Counted from the stretch's first letter, positions 8,868 through 17,869 are shown. The stretch: 29,935 nucleotides of DNA from a virus (IMGVR_UViG_3300044621_000066:1-29935), one strand, 5' to 3'. Notes: a model not told the origin generated them from the sequence alone. Translations and numbers: made by a program.

Positions 8868-9857
8868 ATGAGTAAAGATTTACCTATCTATAAAATCACA
8901 ATCGACCCTGAATATTCCGATGGAGAAGATTTAGGAATCGAGCAAATCGCATTCACTTCAACACCCGCTATAAAAGTTAAAGGAATGGCTTTTAATCAAG
9001 CACAATCTTTCTTTTTTGCTGACGCTACTAAATACCGAATCGTTGCACCCGCTATGATTCCTATGGAGATTTATAGACGCGACGACGAAAGCGGTGAGTA
9101 TTATGTTCAATTTACCGAAGAGGTAATAGAGCAAATATACACGAAGTTTATGCGTGACTTAAACAATAGAAACTTATTTAACTTAGAACACGAAACTGAA
9201 AGAACTGTTCCCGCTTACATTCTTGAATCTTGGATAGTTGAAAAACCGAAAGAAGATAAGGCTTATACAAGCTACGGAATAGAAGTGCCGAAAGGAACTT
9301 TAATGTTGACTGCTCAAGTTACTGACGTTGATTACTACGAGAAATTAGTAAAAGACGAACAAATAGGTTTTTCTATCGAGGGGTTTTTAGGTCTGAAACT
9401 AAGTAATCAAATTAAATTAAATACAATGAAGTTACCAGACGGAGAACATTTAATCGAAGGTAAATTCTACACTATAGAAGGTGGAGAAGTTATCGAGGTT
9501 AAAGAACAAGAAATGGCTGAAACTCAAGTTGAGGAAGAAGTCAAAGAAGAGGTTGCTATGGCTGAAGACGTAGTAGAAGAAGAAGTTAAAGAAGAAACAA
9601 CCGAAGAGCCTACTGAAGAAGTAGTAGAAGAAGCTATGGCTGTTGACCCTGCAACTGACGCTGAAGCTATCTTAGCTATCGTTAAACCATTAATTGCAGA
9701 ACAAGTTGATTCTTTACTTGCTATTATCGCTGACTTGAAAAATCAAGTTGAAGAGCGCATAATGGAAAAAGAAGAAGAAGAAGAAGTTATCGAAGAAGTT
9801 AAAATGTCTGCATTCGATAAATTCAAAGCATTTCGTAATACCTTTAAAAACCAATAA
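8868..9857 (+). CDS. Prohead protease (XkdF-like) fused to acidic scaffold domain
   Basis: FNLEH...ESWIV...GT...GFSIEG protease pattern; very Glu-rich C-terminal half; directly before capsid gene. Confidence 0.8.
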   Translation: MSKDLPIYKITIDPEYSDGEDLGIEQIAFTSTPAIKVKGMAFNQAQSFFFADATKYRIVAPAMIPMEIYRRDDESGEYYVQFTEEVIEQIYTKFMRDLNNRNLFNLEHETERTVPAYILESWIVEKPKEDKAYTSYGIEVPKGTLMLTAQVTDVDYYEKLVKDEQIGFSIEGFLGLKLSNQIKLNTMKLPDGEHLIEGKFYTIEGGEVIEVKEQEMAETQVEEEVKEEVAMAEDVVEEEVKEETTEEPTEEVVEEAMAVDPATDAEAILAIVKPLIAEQVDSLLAIIADLKNQVEERIMEKEEEEEVIEEVKMSAFDKFKAFRNTFKNQ

Positions 9858-9859
9858 AA

Positions 9860-10789
9860 ATGAATCGTAAATTAAAATTCGACTTAGACGTTGAAACAAA
9901 CGCACTTTTGTGTGCTAACCCTGAAGAGTTTTACTCTCGCGCTTATTTAACTGATACTACTGCGGACAACTTCCGTACACTTCCAAGTATCAAGTCAGCT
10001 ACTAAATTAGCTAACGTAACTTTCGGAAACATCTTACAAGCATCTACTTGTAGCTTCTCTGCTCCGACTGATACATTGAACGCTATCGACATCGACGTAT
10101 GTCCTTTGTCAGCTATGGCACAAATTTGTCAGTTTGACCTTGAGCAATCTTTCTTAGCTTTGCAAATGGCTAAAGGTTCTAACGGAGATTTTACTGTTGC
10201 TTCTTTTATGTCTTACTATTGGGACACTATGTCTAAGCAAATTGGCGAAGACGTTGAGTTATTGAGATGGCAAGCTGACACTGAGTCTGAAAGTGCTATT
10301 CTTTCTTTGTGTGATGGTCACTTGAAAAAACTTTGTGCTGACGCTGACGTAGTAGGTCAATACGGAGGTGCTGTTACTTCTTCTAACGTACTTTCTACGC
10401 TTGAAGGTGTTTGGGCTGCTGCTCCATCTACAATCAAATTTAAAAAAGGAGATTTAAGATTTTATGTTTCTGCTAACGTTGCTCAAGCTTATGAATTAGC
10501 TGCTGCTTCAGGAAACACTCAAACTTATGTAACTCTTCCTTTAGGATTGACTTTCTTAGGTATTCAAATGGTAGTTGCTGAAGGTATGCCGGATAACACT
10601 ATCGTGTTGACTTTGAAAAACAACCTTATCTACGCATTTGATGCTGAAGGTGATGCTAAAGCATTGAAAGCTGTTAACCTTTCTGACACAGTTGCTGAGC
10701 CGTACATCCGTACAAGAGCGAACTTGAAAGTAGGTTTTTACCATACAAATCCATCTGAAATCGTAGTTTATAACGTTTGTTTCGATTAA
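9860..10789 (+). CDS. Major capsid protein
   Basis: 309 aa after protease/scaffold, biased codon use (GCT/ACT/TCT), followed by a strong terminator. Confidence 0.8.
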   Translation: MNRKLKFDLDVETNALLCANPEEFYSRAYLTDTTADNFRTLPSIKSATKLANVTFGNILQASTCSFSAPTDTLNAIDIDVCPLSAMAQICQFDLEQSFLALQMAKGSNGDFTVASFMSYYWDTMSKQIGEDVELLRWQADTESESAILSLCDGHLKKLCADADVVGQYGGAVTSSNVLSTLEGVWAAAPSTIKFKKGDLRFYVSANVAQAYELAAASGNTQTYVTLPLGLTFLGIQMVVAEGMPDNTIVLTLKNNLIYAFDAEGDAKALKAVNLSDTVAEPYIRTRANLKVGFYHTNPSEIVVYNVCFD

Positions 10790-10808
10790 TAAACATTATT
10801 TCATAGGT

Positions 10809-10841
10809 AAGGGGTGGTGACTAATCGCCACCCTTTTTTTT
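10809..10841 (+). terminator. Rho-independent terminator after capsid gene
   Basis: GGGGTGGTGA-CTAA-TCGCCACCCT hairpin followed by T run. Confidence 0.85.
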
Positions 10842-10863
10842 GAAACTTTAAAAAATAAAATAT

Positions 10864-11385
10864 ATGTCTTGCGCAACATTACAAACAATCACAAAATCGT
10901 GCGACAATAATTCCGGAGGAATTTACACGTTGTACGTAAACCAACAAGATAATATCGCATCTATTACAACTGACGAAACAGGAACTAATTGGATTGTAGA
11001 TACTATCACTTTAACTGACCCTTTAGATGTATTCGTTCCTATCGAATTTAGAAGAAACGTAGGTTCTTATACTGAAGAAGCAAACATCGACTTAATCAAT
11101 GGTTCTTCTTACGTTACTAAAACTATCAACTTAATGTTGCATAGACGTGACCAAGAGAAATCAAAAGCTATTAAAGTTATGGGTGCTGGTCAACAATACT
11201 TAGCTGTAATCGTAGGTGATGCAAATGGTAAGTTTTGGTACTTCCCGTATATGCAAGTTACTGCGGTAGGTGAAGGTTCAGGTACTACCCGTGCGGATGG
11301 TTCAAAGTATTCTTTGACTCTGACCTCTGAAGATGAATTTTTATCTTACGAGGTTGACCCTACAATTATCGCGGGTCTATTGTAA
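10864..11385 (+). CDS. Major tail (tube) protein
   Basis: 173 aa; MSC...C..NSGGI start and D.NGKFWY..GxGxGT...DGSKYSLTL pattern of Bacteroidota phage tube proteins; own terminator. Confidence 0.65.
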   Translation: MSCATLQTITKSCDNNSGGIYTLYVNQQDNIASITTDETGTNWIVDTITLTDPLDVFVPIEFRRNVGSYTEEANIDLINGSSYVTKTINLMLHRRDQEKSKAIKVMGAGQQYLAVIVGDANGKFWYFPYMQVTAVGEGSGTTRADGSKYSLTLTSEDEFLSYEVDPTIIAGLL

Positions 11386-11405
11386 TCTGTTTTCTCTCCA
11401 TAATT

Positions 11406-11433
11406 AGCCACTCTTTTCGGGGTGGCTTTTTTT
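11406..11433 (+). terminator. Rho-independent terminator
   Basis: AGCCACTC-TTTTCG-GGGTGGCT hairpin followed by T run. Confidence 0.85.
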
Positions 11434-11439
11434 GTTTTA

Positions 11440-11470
11440 AACAAATACAAGAATATACTTATAATATAGT
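11440..11470 (+). promoter_or_regulatory. Putative late promoter (AACA-N19-AATATAGT) for portal/lysis operon
   Basis: Core motif just after a terminator and 3 nt before ATG 11474. Confidence 0.6.
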
Positions 11471-11473
11471 TAT

Positions 11474-11824
11474 ATGATTTACTTAGAAAAAGGGCAAATA
11501 AACACATTTGTGTTGACTTTAACTGAAGTAACTACGTATAGTAGTCCCTTTTATTTATTCGTGTTTGAGAATGAATTTAACACAGCTACTGAGCCTATCT
11601 TATGGGCGGGTGTAGACTCTTCACCTTATCCGGAAAGATACAATTTATTTACTTTAGAAGAAGGAGTAGACGTTGACTTTGTTAAAGGTCAATATACATA
11701 CAGCGTTTACGAAAGTGACGAAGCTATAATAGTAGACGAAAACACGAATGTAAACGATTACAATTTAATAGAAGAAGGAAGATTAATAGTAGCGGGAGTA
11801 GTAACTAATTCAATATACGACTAA
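11474..11824 (+). CDS. Hypothetical virion protein
   Basis: 116 aa ORF coupled to portal gene. Confidence 0.65.
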   Translation: MIYLEKGQINTFVLTLTEVTTYSSPFYLFVFENEFNTATEPILWAGVDSSPYPERYNLFTLEEGVDVDFVKGQYTYSVYESDEAIIVDENTNVNDYNLIEEGRLIVAGVVTNSIYD

Positions 11825-13140
11825 TGGCGTGGTATAATATATTTAAAAAAGAAGAAAGTAAACCCGAAGTAGTAGAGGGTTATCAATCATTTAGCACACC
11901 TTTTGGTAAGGTAGGCGGTGCAAACTTAGCTTTGCCTTATGTAAACGGAAGATATCAAATTTCGGGGTACATTCCTTTTGGTCACGATAACTTATACCCT
12001 CAACTTTTAACTCAGTTGTATTTTACAAGTCCATTACACGGGGCGATAGTTGATTATAAAGCGAATGCCGTGGTTGGTGGTGGTTCTACTATCAAAACTG
12101 ACAAGCTAACAAACGAAGAAAAGTTAGAATTGTATACGTGGGAACGTAAAATGAAACTAAAGAAGAGTGAATTAGCCATAGCTAAACAGGTTATTTTGCA
12201 TAATAGAGTTTACTTTAAGCTATATTTTGACGAAAAAGGTAACTTTAAAAAGGCTGAAAACATCTATCCGGATAAAGTTCGAGTAAGTAGAGATAAATGC
12301 TACTACTTTATTTGTGAAGACTGGGCTTCTCGTATTGACGTAGAAACCATTAAGCCTTATTCACCGAGTTGTAATGATAAAATACAGTTGTTTGTTTATG
12401 AAATGCACTCAGAGGGACAAGATTACTACCCACTTCCTACGTACACGAGTGCGTTAAACTTTGCTTTCTTGAGCGGTGAGTTAAGTTATTTCGCTAAAGC
12501 TAATATTCAGAACTCCATATTTCCGTCTTTTGCTATGATGTTCCCTAAAAGACCACAAAGCGAAGAAGAGAAACAAATGATTCGTGAAACCATAGACAAA
12601 TTAAAAGGCGCAGCAAATGCCGGTAAAGCCGTTGCGTTTTTTGCTAATGCTCCTGAACAATTACCAAGTATTGAAAGTTTACCGACTAACAATAACGATA
12701 AACTATTCAAGGAATCAAGCGAATTAAACACGGAACAAATATGTTTCGCGCATACAATAGACCCTATCTTAATGGGTATTAGAACGACGGGTTCTTTGGG
12801 TAATGGTTCGGATATTAAACAAGCATACATAATATTTGAAAAGAACGTAGTTATGCCATTGAGAGCAATAGTAGAAGATATTTTTAACGAATTGCTACAC
12901 ATCGCTAAAATTACTGCGGAATACAAAATAAATAATTTCCAAATCATAAACGAAACTATCGTAGAAGTAGAGGAGAGCGCAAGTAAAACACAAGACGCGT
13001 TAAATTCTATGAGTCCTCTTGTCGCTACGAAAGTTTTAAATACTATGACCGAGAACGAAATTCGTGCTTTAGCATCTTTACCACCGGTAGAAGGTGGAGA
13101 TGTCCCACTTAGTAGAATACAACCTAATACTGCTGAATAA
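11824..13140 (+). CDS. Portal protein
   Basis: 438 aa; SPLHGAIV, DYYPLP and C-terminal TENEIRALASLPPVEGGD portal-type motifs. Confidence 0.85.
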   Translation: MAWYNIFKKEESKPEVVEGYQSFSTPFGKVGGANLALPYVNGRYQISGYIPFGHDNLYPQLLTQLYFTSPLHGAIVDYKANAVVGGGSTIKTDKLTNEEKLELYTWERKMKLKKSELAIAKQVILHNRVYFKLYFDEKGNFKKAENIYPDKVRVSRDKCYYFICEDWASRIDVETIKPYSPSCNDKIQLFVYEMHSEGQDYYPLPTYTSALNFAFLSGELSYFAKANIQNSIFPSFAMMFPKRPQSEEEKQMIRETIDKLKGAANAGKAVAFFANAPEQLPSIESLPTNNNDKLFKESSELNTEQICFAHTIDPILMGIRTTGSLGNGSDIKQAYIIFEKNVVMPLRAIVEDIFNELLHIAKITAEYKINNFQIINETIVEVEESASKTQDALNSMSPLVATKVLNTMTENEIRALASLPPVEGGDVPLSRIQPNTAE

Positions 13141-13664
13141 TGATTTACTTCATAACTGAGACCTATTTAAAGACGAACACTCCTATAACTGCAAACGTAG
13201 ATGTTACTGACGTAACTCCTTATGTAAAGACTCAGAGTGATTTAAGAATACAACCTATTTTAGGGACTTACTTTTACAACTATTTATTAGCACAGTACAA
13301 CGCTCAAACGCTTAATCCTGACGAAGAGTTATTAGTAGCGAAGATACAACCTTGTATCGCGTGGTATAGCGCAGTAGATGCCGTATTTGGTTTGTCTTAC
13401 CAGCTTAAAAATAAAGGTTTGCAACAGCAAAACGGAGATTATTCTACGAGTGTTAGTAGAAGTGAAGTAGCTTTCGGTATGGAACACTACGAAGAGAAGG
13501 CTGCATTCTACGAAAGACGTTTGAGAGAATGGTTAAAAGAACAAGTAAAAGCAAATCCTACTATATTTCCGGAGTTCGTAGACCCTTTAAATACTGACTC
13601 AGATATGAAGCCATTAAAAGACGATAACCAAAACGGATACAACATAGGAATTTTAATAATATGA
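13140..13664 (+). CDS. Putative head-tail adaptor
   Basis: 174 aa helical protein directly after portal; QxDxxIQPILGTxFY pattern. Confidence 0.55.
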   Translation: MIYFITETYLKTNTPITANVDVTDVTPYVKTQSDLRIQPILGTYFYNYLLAQYNAQTLNPDEELLVAKIQPCIAWYSAVDAVFGLSYQLKNKGLQQQNGDYSTSVSRSEVAFGMEHYEEKAAFYERRLREWLKEQVKANPTIFPEFVDPLNTDSDMKPLKDDNQNGYNIGILII

Positions 13665-14089
13665 AGACTAAGTTACTTTTAATTTGTTCGTCTTTTATTG
13701 CGGTGATATCGCCTATTAAACCACTTATTTATGTAGCTATTTTAGCAATACTTTTAGATACGGGATTTGGTATTTGGCGAAGCGTTAAGAAAAACGGATA
13801 CGCTTCGTTTAGGTCACGTAAATTATCGCATACAATAAGTAAAACGTTTCTTTATTCGTTAGCTATTGTGTTCGTGTTTTTCGTGGAAAAATACATAGCT
13901 TCGGATTTAGTAGCGCATTTCATAGCTATTGACTTAATCTTAACGAAAGCTGTAGCGTTATTCTGCGTGTTTACGGAAGTTGTTTCTATCAATGAATCCT
14001 ATCAGTCGGTTACAGGTAGAAACATTCTTAAATCGCTTAAATCATTCGTATTAAGAGCCAAAGAAGAAGCTGACAAAATAAAAGAATAA
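13661..14089 (+). CDS. Holin
   Basis: Several TM segments, LDTGFGIW...SRKL...EVVSINE holin pattern, basic C-terminus, precedes amidase. Confidence 0.8.
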   Translation: MKTKLLLICSSFIAVISPIKPLIYVAILAILLDTGFGIWRSVKKNGYASFRSRKLSHTISKTFLYSLAIVFVFFVEKYIASDLVAHFIAIDLILTKAVALFCVFTEVVSINESYQSVTGRNILKSLKSFVLRAKEEADKIKE

Positions 14090-14730
14090 TGGACACTACT
14101 AAAATAGTTCAACAAAGATTACCTGAATCGCAGTTTATTAGCGAAAACACGGACAAAAAACAAATCTATTTACACCATACAGCGGGTAATAAGAACGCGG
14201 TAAACACAATTAAAGGTTGGGAATCTAATAAAGAACGTGTAGCTACTGCATTTGTAATAGGATACGAAGGTACGATAGCACAAGCGTTTAGTTCAAGAAA
14301 TTGGGCGTGGCACTTAGGTGTAAAAGATAGCGTGTTTAAAGGTCAAGGATTGCCCTATAAGAACTTAGATAAGTATTCGGTAGGTATAGAGTTAACTAAC
14401 TGGGCTTACTTGGTAGAAAAAGACGGAAAATACTATAACTATGTTAACGGAATAGTAGACCCTTCAGAGGTTACGTTTTTAGAAAAGCCATTTAAGAATC
14501 ATAAAAGATGGCATAAGTATAGCGACAAGCAAATAGAAAGTTTAAGAGAATTGTTAGTTTACTTAGGTAAGACTTACGATATCAATTTAAAATACAACGA
14601 AGACATTTGGTCGTTAAATAAAAGAGCATTAAAAGGAGAGAACGGATTATTTACGCATAATTCAGTAAGAGTTGATAAGTCTGACGTTTATCCTTGTCCG
14701 CGATTAATTAAAATGTTAAAAGGCTTATGA
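14089..14730 (+). CDS. Endolysin, N-acetylmuramoyl-L-alanine amidase (Amidase_2 type)
   Basis: IYLHHTAG, AWHLG, SVGIEL, THNSVR..KSD zinc-amidase motifs. Confidence 0.9.
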   Translation: MDTTKIVQQRLPESQFISENTDKKQIYLHHTAGNKNAVNTIKGWESNKERVATAFVIGYEGTIAQAFSSRNWAWHLGVKDSVFKGQGLPYKNLDKYSVGIELTNWAYLVEKDGKYYNYVNGIVDPSEVTFLEKPFKNHKRWHKYSDKQIESLRELLVYLGKTYDINLKYNEDIWSLNKRALKGENGLFTHNSVRVDKSDVYPCPRLIKMLKGL

Positions 14731-15146
14731 GGTTTGTAATTTTATTCGTGTTTTTGTATTCCTGTAGTGCGGAATATCACCTAAACAAAGCAATTAAAAA
14801 AGGCTACAAATGTGAAGAAACAGGGGACACGATTAGAATTACTACTATAGATTCGATTCCTTACATCGTTAACGATACTATTATGTGGGAAAAGATAATA
14901 ACATCAAAAGATACTATCATTAAATACAACAAGGTATACATTCCTAAAACTAAGTGGAAAATAAAACAAGAACTACGCTTTCAGCGTGACACTATTAGGA
15001 TTAAAGAAAAAACAAAACAAGCTGAAGCAAAAGCCGAAGCTAAGTCTAAGATAAGACCCAATCTTAACTTTCTATTTATAGGAATTTTTATAGGGTTTGC
15101 GTTGTATTATTTACTTCAAAGAGTAGACAAAAAAATAAACCTATGA
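14727..15146 (+). CDS. Putative unimolecular spanin (N-terminal lipoprotein signal plus C-terminal TM helix)
   Basis: MRFVILFVFLYSC lipobox; FLFIGIFIGFALYYLL near C-terminus; follows endolysin. Confidence 0.65.
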   Translation: MRFVILFVFLYSCSAEYHLNKAIKKGYKCEETGDTIRITTIDSIPYIVNDTIMWEKIITSKDTIIKYNKVYIPKTKWKIKQELRFQRDTIRIKEKTKQAEAKAEAKSKIRPNLNFLFIGIFIGFALYYLLQRVDKKINL

Positions 15147-16021
15147 ATTTAATAAAACACGCTAATAACATACACGAACTTCGTGTAGATGGTACGTCTT
15201 TTCGTATGGGTATGTTTTCGGATATACACTGGGACAACCCAAAATGTGATTGGAACTTACTAAAACACGATTTAGACTACTGCTTAAAGAATGAAATTCC
15301 TATAATGTTTAACGGAGATACTTTTTGTTTGATGCAAGGTGCTTACGACTTCCGTAAAGTAAAGAACGACATAAGACCCGAACACAATAACGCAAGGTAT
15401 TTTGATTCGATAGTAGAAACTGCTGTAGATTTCTTCCTTCCGTATGCTAACTTAATGACAGTAATCGGTTATGGTAACCACGAAACAGCTATAATAAAAA
15501 GACACGAAACGGATATATTACAACGGTTTGTTACCTTGTTAAACTATAAAGCTGGTAGTAATGTAATGACAGGTGGTTATGGCGGTTGGTTTATAGTAAA
15601 CCAAGTAATTCGTACAAACACACGCGCAGCTACAAAAATAAAGTATTTTCACGGGAGTGGTGGCGGTGGATTAGTTACAAAGGGTGCTTTGAATTTAACT
15701 CGTGCTATGGAATCCTACGAAGGTTACGATGTGTTTACTATGGGGCATATACACGAAAATTCAGCGCGTAACGATGTTCGTGATTCGGTAAGTTTTCACC
15801 CAGCTAAAGGCTATTACTTTAATCATAAACAAATACACTCAATGATTACAGGAACGTACAAAGAAGAATACGCTAATGGCGCGTATGGATGGCACGTAGA
15901 ACGTGGCGCACCTATGAAACCTGTAGGCGGTAGAATATTAACCATTGAATACGCACGTTTAAAAGGAGAAAATACCGATAGTGCTATAAGAAATATTGAT
16001 AGTATGAAATTTCCTTTGTAG
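15143..16021 (+). CDS. Calcineurin-like metallophosphoesterase
   Basis: SDIHWD, NGD, GNHE, FHG, GHIH motifs in order. Confidence 0.9.
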   Translation: MNLIKHANNIHELRVDGTSFRMGMFSDIHWDNPKCDWNLLKHDLDYCLKNEIPIMFNGDTFCLMQGAYDFRKVKNDIRPEHNNARYFDSIVETAVDFFLPYANLMTVIGYGNHETAIIKRHETDILQRFVTLLNYKAGSNVMTGGYGGWFIVNQVIRTNTRAATKIKYFHGSGGGGLVTKGALNLTRAMESYEGYDVFTMGHIHENSARNDVRDSVSFHPAKGYYFNHKQIHSMITGTYKEEYANGAYGWHVERGAPMKPVGGRILTIEYARLKGENTDSAIRNIDSMKFPL

Positions 16022-16047
16022 ATTTACACTTTCATAATGTGTTAATT

Positions 16048-16071
16048 AGGGGGTCATTGACCCCTTTTTTT
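16048..16071 (+). terminator. Rho-independent terminator ending the late/lysis operon
   Basis: GGGGTC-ATT-GACCCC hairpin followed by 7 T. Confidence 0.85.
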
Positions 16072-16113
16072 ATGCGCTAAAAAAAATAATTTAAAATTTT
16101 TTACTAAAAATGT

Positions 16114-16142
16114 TTGTAGTTTGTGAATAAGTATTATATTTG
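16114..16142 (+). promoter_or_regulatory. Early promoter, Bacteroidota type TTG-N18-TATATTTG
   Basis: Consensus match in AT-rich intergenic region upstream of ATG 16168. Confidence 0.7.
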
Positions 16143-16167
16143 CATATAACTAATTAATAAAAACATT

Positions 16168-16305
16168 ATGAAAACAACAAAAACACGAAGAAAAGACTTA
16201 GCCTACCAACAGACTGCTGTAGGTCAAGCATTACAACCAATGGAAAAGCCTGAAGCGTTACTTGATTGGTCTATTGAACAACTATTAAAACTTGTAAAAA
16301 AATGA
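16168..16305 (+). CDS. Small early protein, 45 aa (not in ORF track)
   Basis: MKTTKTRRKDLAYQQ...; first ATG after early promoter; ATGA overlap with next ORF. Confidence 0.6.
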   Translation: MKTTKTRRKDLAYQQTAVGQALQPMEKPEALLDWSIEQLLKLVKK

Positions 16306-16421
16306 GATTAGAAAACTTTTTACCGAGAACAAGTGAGCATAAAGTGTTTTTAAGCCACTTTTTAGCCCCTTTAACAGCTTTTATCGTAGTGTTTAGTGTA
16401 ATCATATCACTACTTAATTAA
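16302..16421 (+). CDS. Small membrane protein, 39 aa (not in ORF track)
   Basis: MRLENFLPR...FLAPLTAFIVVFSVIISLLN; ATGA-coupled. Confidence 0.55.
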   Translation: MRLENFLPRTSEHKVFLSHFLAPLTAFIVVFSVIISLLN

Positions 16422-16442
16422 TAACGTCTTAAATCAAAGAAA

Positions 16443-16754
16443 ATGAAGTTAGAGAATTTTTACATAGAACACAGCTTTGTAAGTGAAGAAAGAGTAGTTA
16501 CGTTTAATTGGGAAGACGATGGATTGACTTTTTACGTAGTAGCTAATTACGGATTAGATGCGTATAGCAACGAAGTAGAGTTAGGTAGTATTATTCAGTC
16601 GGAGTGTTGGAGTGACGTAGAACCTATTACTAAATTCGTGTTATCGGATTCTATGTTAGACTATTTAGAAGAGGAGTTAGTAAGCTACCAAAAGACGAAT
16701 CCATCCGTGTTTTTAGAGGATTATGATAACGACTATTTAAACTATTGGATATGA
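16443..16754 (+). CDS. Hypothetical acidic early protein
   Basis: 103 aa ORF, strongly Asp/Glu-rich. Confidence 0.7.
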   Translation: MKLENFYIEHSFVSEERVVTFNWEDDGLTFYVVANYGLDAYSNEVELGSIIQSECWSDVEPITKFVLSDSMLDYLEEELVSYQKTNPSVFLEDYDNDYLNYWI

Positions 16755-16909
16755 TGACACTACTTAAACAAATTGAATACTGGAAAAGAAACGGGAATTT
16801 CAACTTTGAATTGTATTTAGCAGTATGTAAGGCTAAAGAATACACGATAAATATAGACACTAAACAAAAAGTTTTTAGATATGAGAAAAAGAAAATATCC
16901 AACAAATGA
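16751..16909 (+). CDS. Small hypothetical protein, 52 aa (not in ORF track)
   Basis: MMTLLKQIEYWKRNGNFNFELY...; ATGA-coupled and fills the gap. Confidence 0.6.
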   Translation: MMTLLKQIEYWKRNGNFNFELYLAVCKAKEYTINIDTKQKVFRYEKKKISNK

Positions 16910-17162
16910 CGCCTTCGTTTTGGCTGCTATTAAAAAGCAGTTACAAATGGCTAACCTACCAACCGACCTGTACGAAAAAGAGGAAAATTGGTACACAAAT
17001 GAAATAAGCTACGAAAAGTACGTAGAGTTCAAAGAGTGGTGGTTAAAAGAAGCACAAGAGCAATTTAGATACACGAAAGCGCATACGATAAAAGCGTGGG
17101 GATGGTTTGATTTATCTTATGGTTTAAAAGTTCTTATTCAACAAGGCAATGAAGACTTATAA
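16881..17162 (+). CDS. Hypothetical protein
   Basis: 93 aa ORF in early operon. Confidence 0.7.
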   Translation: MRKRKYPTNDAFVLAAIKKQLQMANLPTDLYEKEENWYTNEISYEKYVEFKEWWLKEAQEQFRYTKAHTIKAWGWFDLSYGLKVLIQQGNEDL

Positions 17163-17304
17163 AGTTTGGATATGGTTTACTTACGGATGTAAGAAAGAAC
17201 TAAGCTACAAGATAGTACAAGCTAACTCCCCGGAAGATGCTAAAAAGAAAGCAGATGTGTGGGAAAAGATTATACATAAAGTCGAACTTGTAAAAACTAT
17301 TTAA
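17149..17304 (+). CDS. Small hypothetical protein, 51 aa (not in ORF track)
   Basis: MKTYKVWIW...VQANSPEDAKKKA, a common small phage protein pattern. Confidence 0.6.
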   Translation: MKTYKVWIWFTYGCKKELSYKIVQANSPEDAKKKADVWEKIIHKVELVKTI

Positions 17305-17385
17305 GGATATAGGCTTACTTTGTAAAAAGTATTTAAGGTTATAAACTGATATTTGTCAAGTTTTTTGCACAATAAAATAGACACT
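17289..17385. repeat. Three degenerate tandem 32-33 bp units starting TGT
   Basis: TGTAAAAACTATTTAAGGATAT.. / TGTAAAAAGTATTTAAGGTTAT.. / TGTCAAGT...TAGACA. Confidence 0.6.
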
Positions 17386-17442
17386 AAAGTATAATTTAAA
17401 CACAACAATAAAATATAATAAGCATAAAATAAAAATATAATT

Positions 17443-17676
17443 ATGAAAACAGCAGTAGAATATTATAATCAAGAAATAAAAGAGTTGTTTAATATGCATC
17501 AAGATGGAGAAATAAGTGGTAAAATGTTTCATATGTCAAGACTTGTTGCTTTAACTAAAGCCAAAGAAATGGAGAAAGAGCAGATAATTGATGCCTATTA
17601 TCAAGGAGATGCAGATTCGGATAACATACACGTAGATGCAGAACAATACTACAACGAAACCTTTAAATCAGAATAG
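17443..17676 (+). CDS. Hypothetical mini-protein, MKTAVE...AKEMEK...EQYYNETFKSE family, copy 1
   Basis: Shares three identical DNA blocks with 22635-22871. Confidence 0.75.
   Translation: MKTAVEYYNQEIKELFNMHQDGEISGKMFHMSRLVALTKAKEMEKEQIIDAYYQGDADSDNIHVDAEQYYNETFKSE
17640..17675 (+). repeat. 36 bp perfect direct repeat, copy 1
   Basis: AGAACAATACTACAACGAAACCTTTAAATCAGAATA, also at 22835-22870. Confidence 0.95.
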
Positions 17677-17677
17677 A

Positions 17678-17869
17678 ATGAAAAAGACGAATAGAAAAAC
17701 GATAATGATAGAACGAGATGACATTTACTCTAAAGAAGGTGACTATGTAGAAGTAACTGAATGGTCAAATGGAGAAGGGTTTGATGTAAGCACCCAAGAC
17801 CAAATGTATAATATAAGTTACATTGAACTTAAATTGATTAAAAAAGCATTAAAAAATATGCACAAATGA
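17678..17869 (+). CDS. Hypothetical protein (likely start 17678)
   Basis: ATG 1 nt after upstream stop; YVEVTEWSNGEGFDV motif. Confidence 0.65.
   Translation: MKKTNRKTIMIERDDIYSKEGDYVEVTEWSNGEGFDVSTQDQMYNISYIELKLIKKALKNMHK

Noticed and set aside
10843-10866. AATATATG before the tail tube gene as a seventh late promoter
   Set aside because: Core mismatched and AAC spacing wrong; read-through of the capsid terminator is a simpler explanation
17289-17385. Possible mini-CRISPR array
   Set aside because: Units abut with no unique spacers, are degenerate, and no cas genes are present
17636-17677. N-terminal NNTTTKPLNQN extensions of track ORFs 17636 and 22822
   Set aside because: Alternative-frame reading of the 36 bp repeat; better ATGs lie 1 nt after the upstream stops (17678, 22873)
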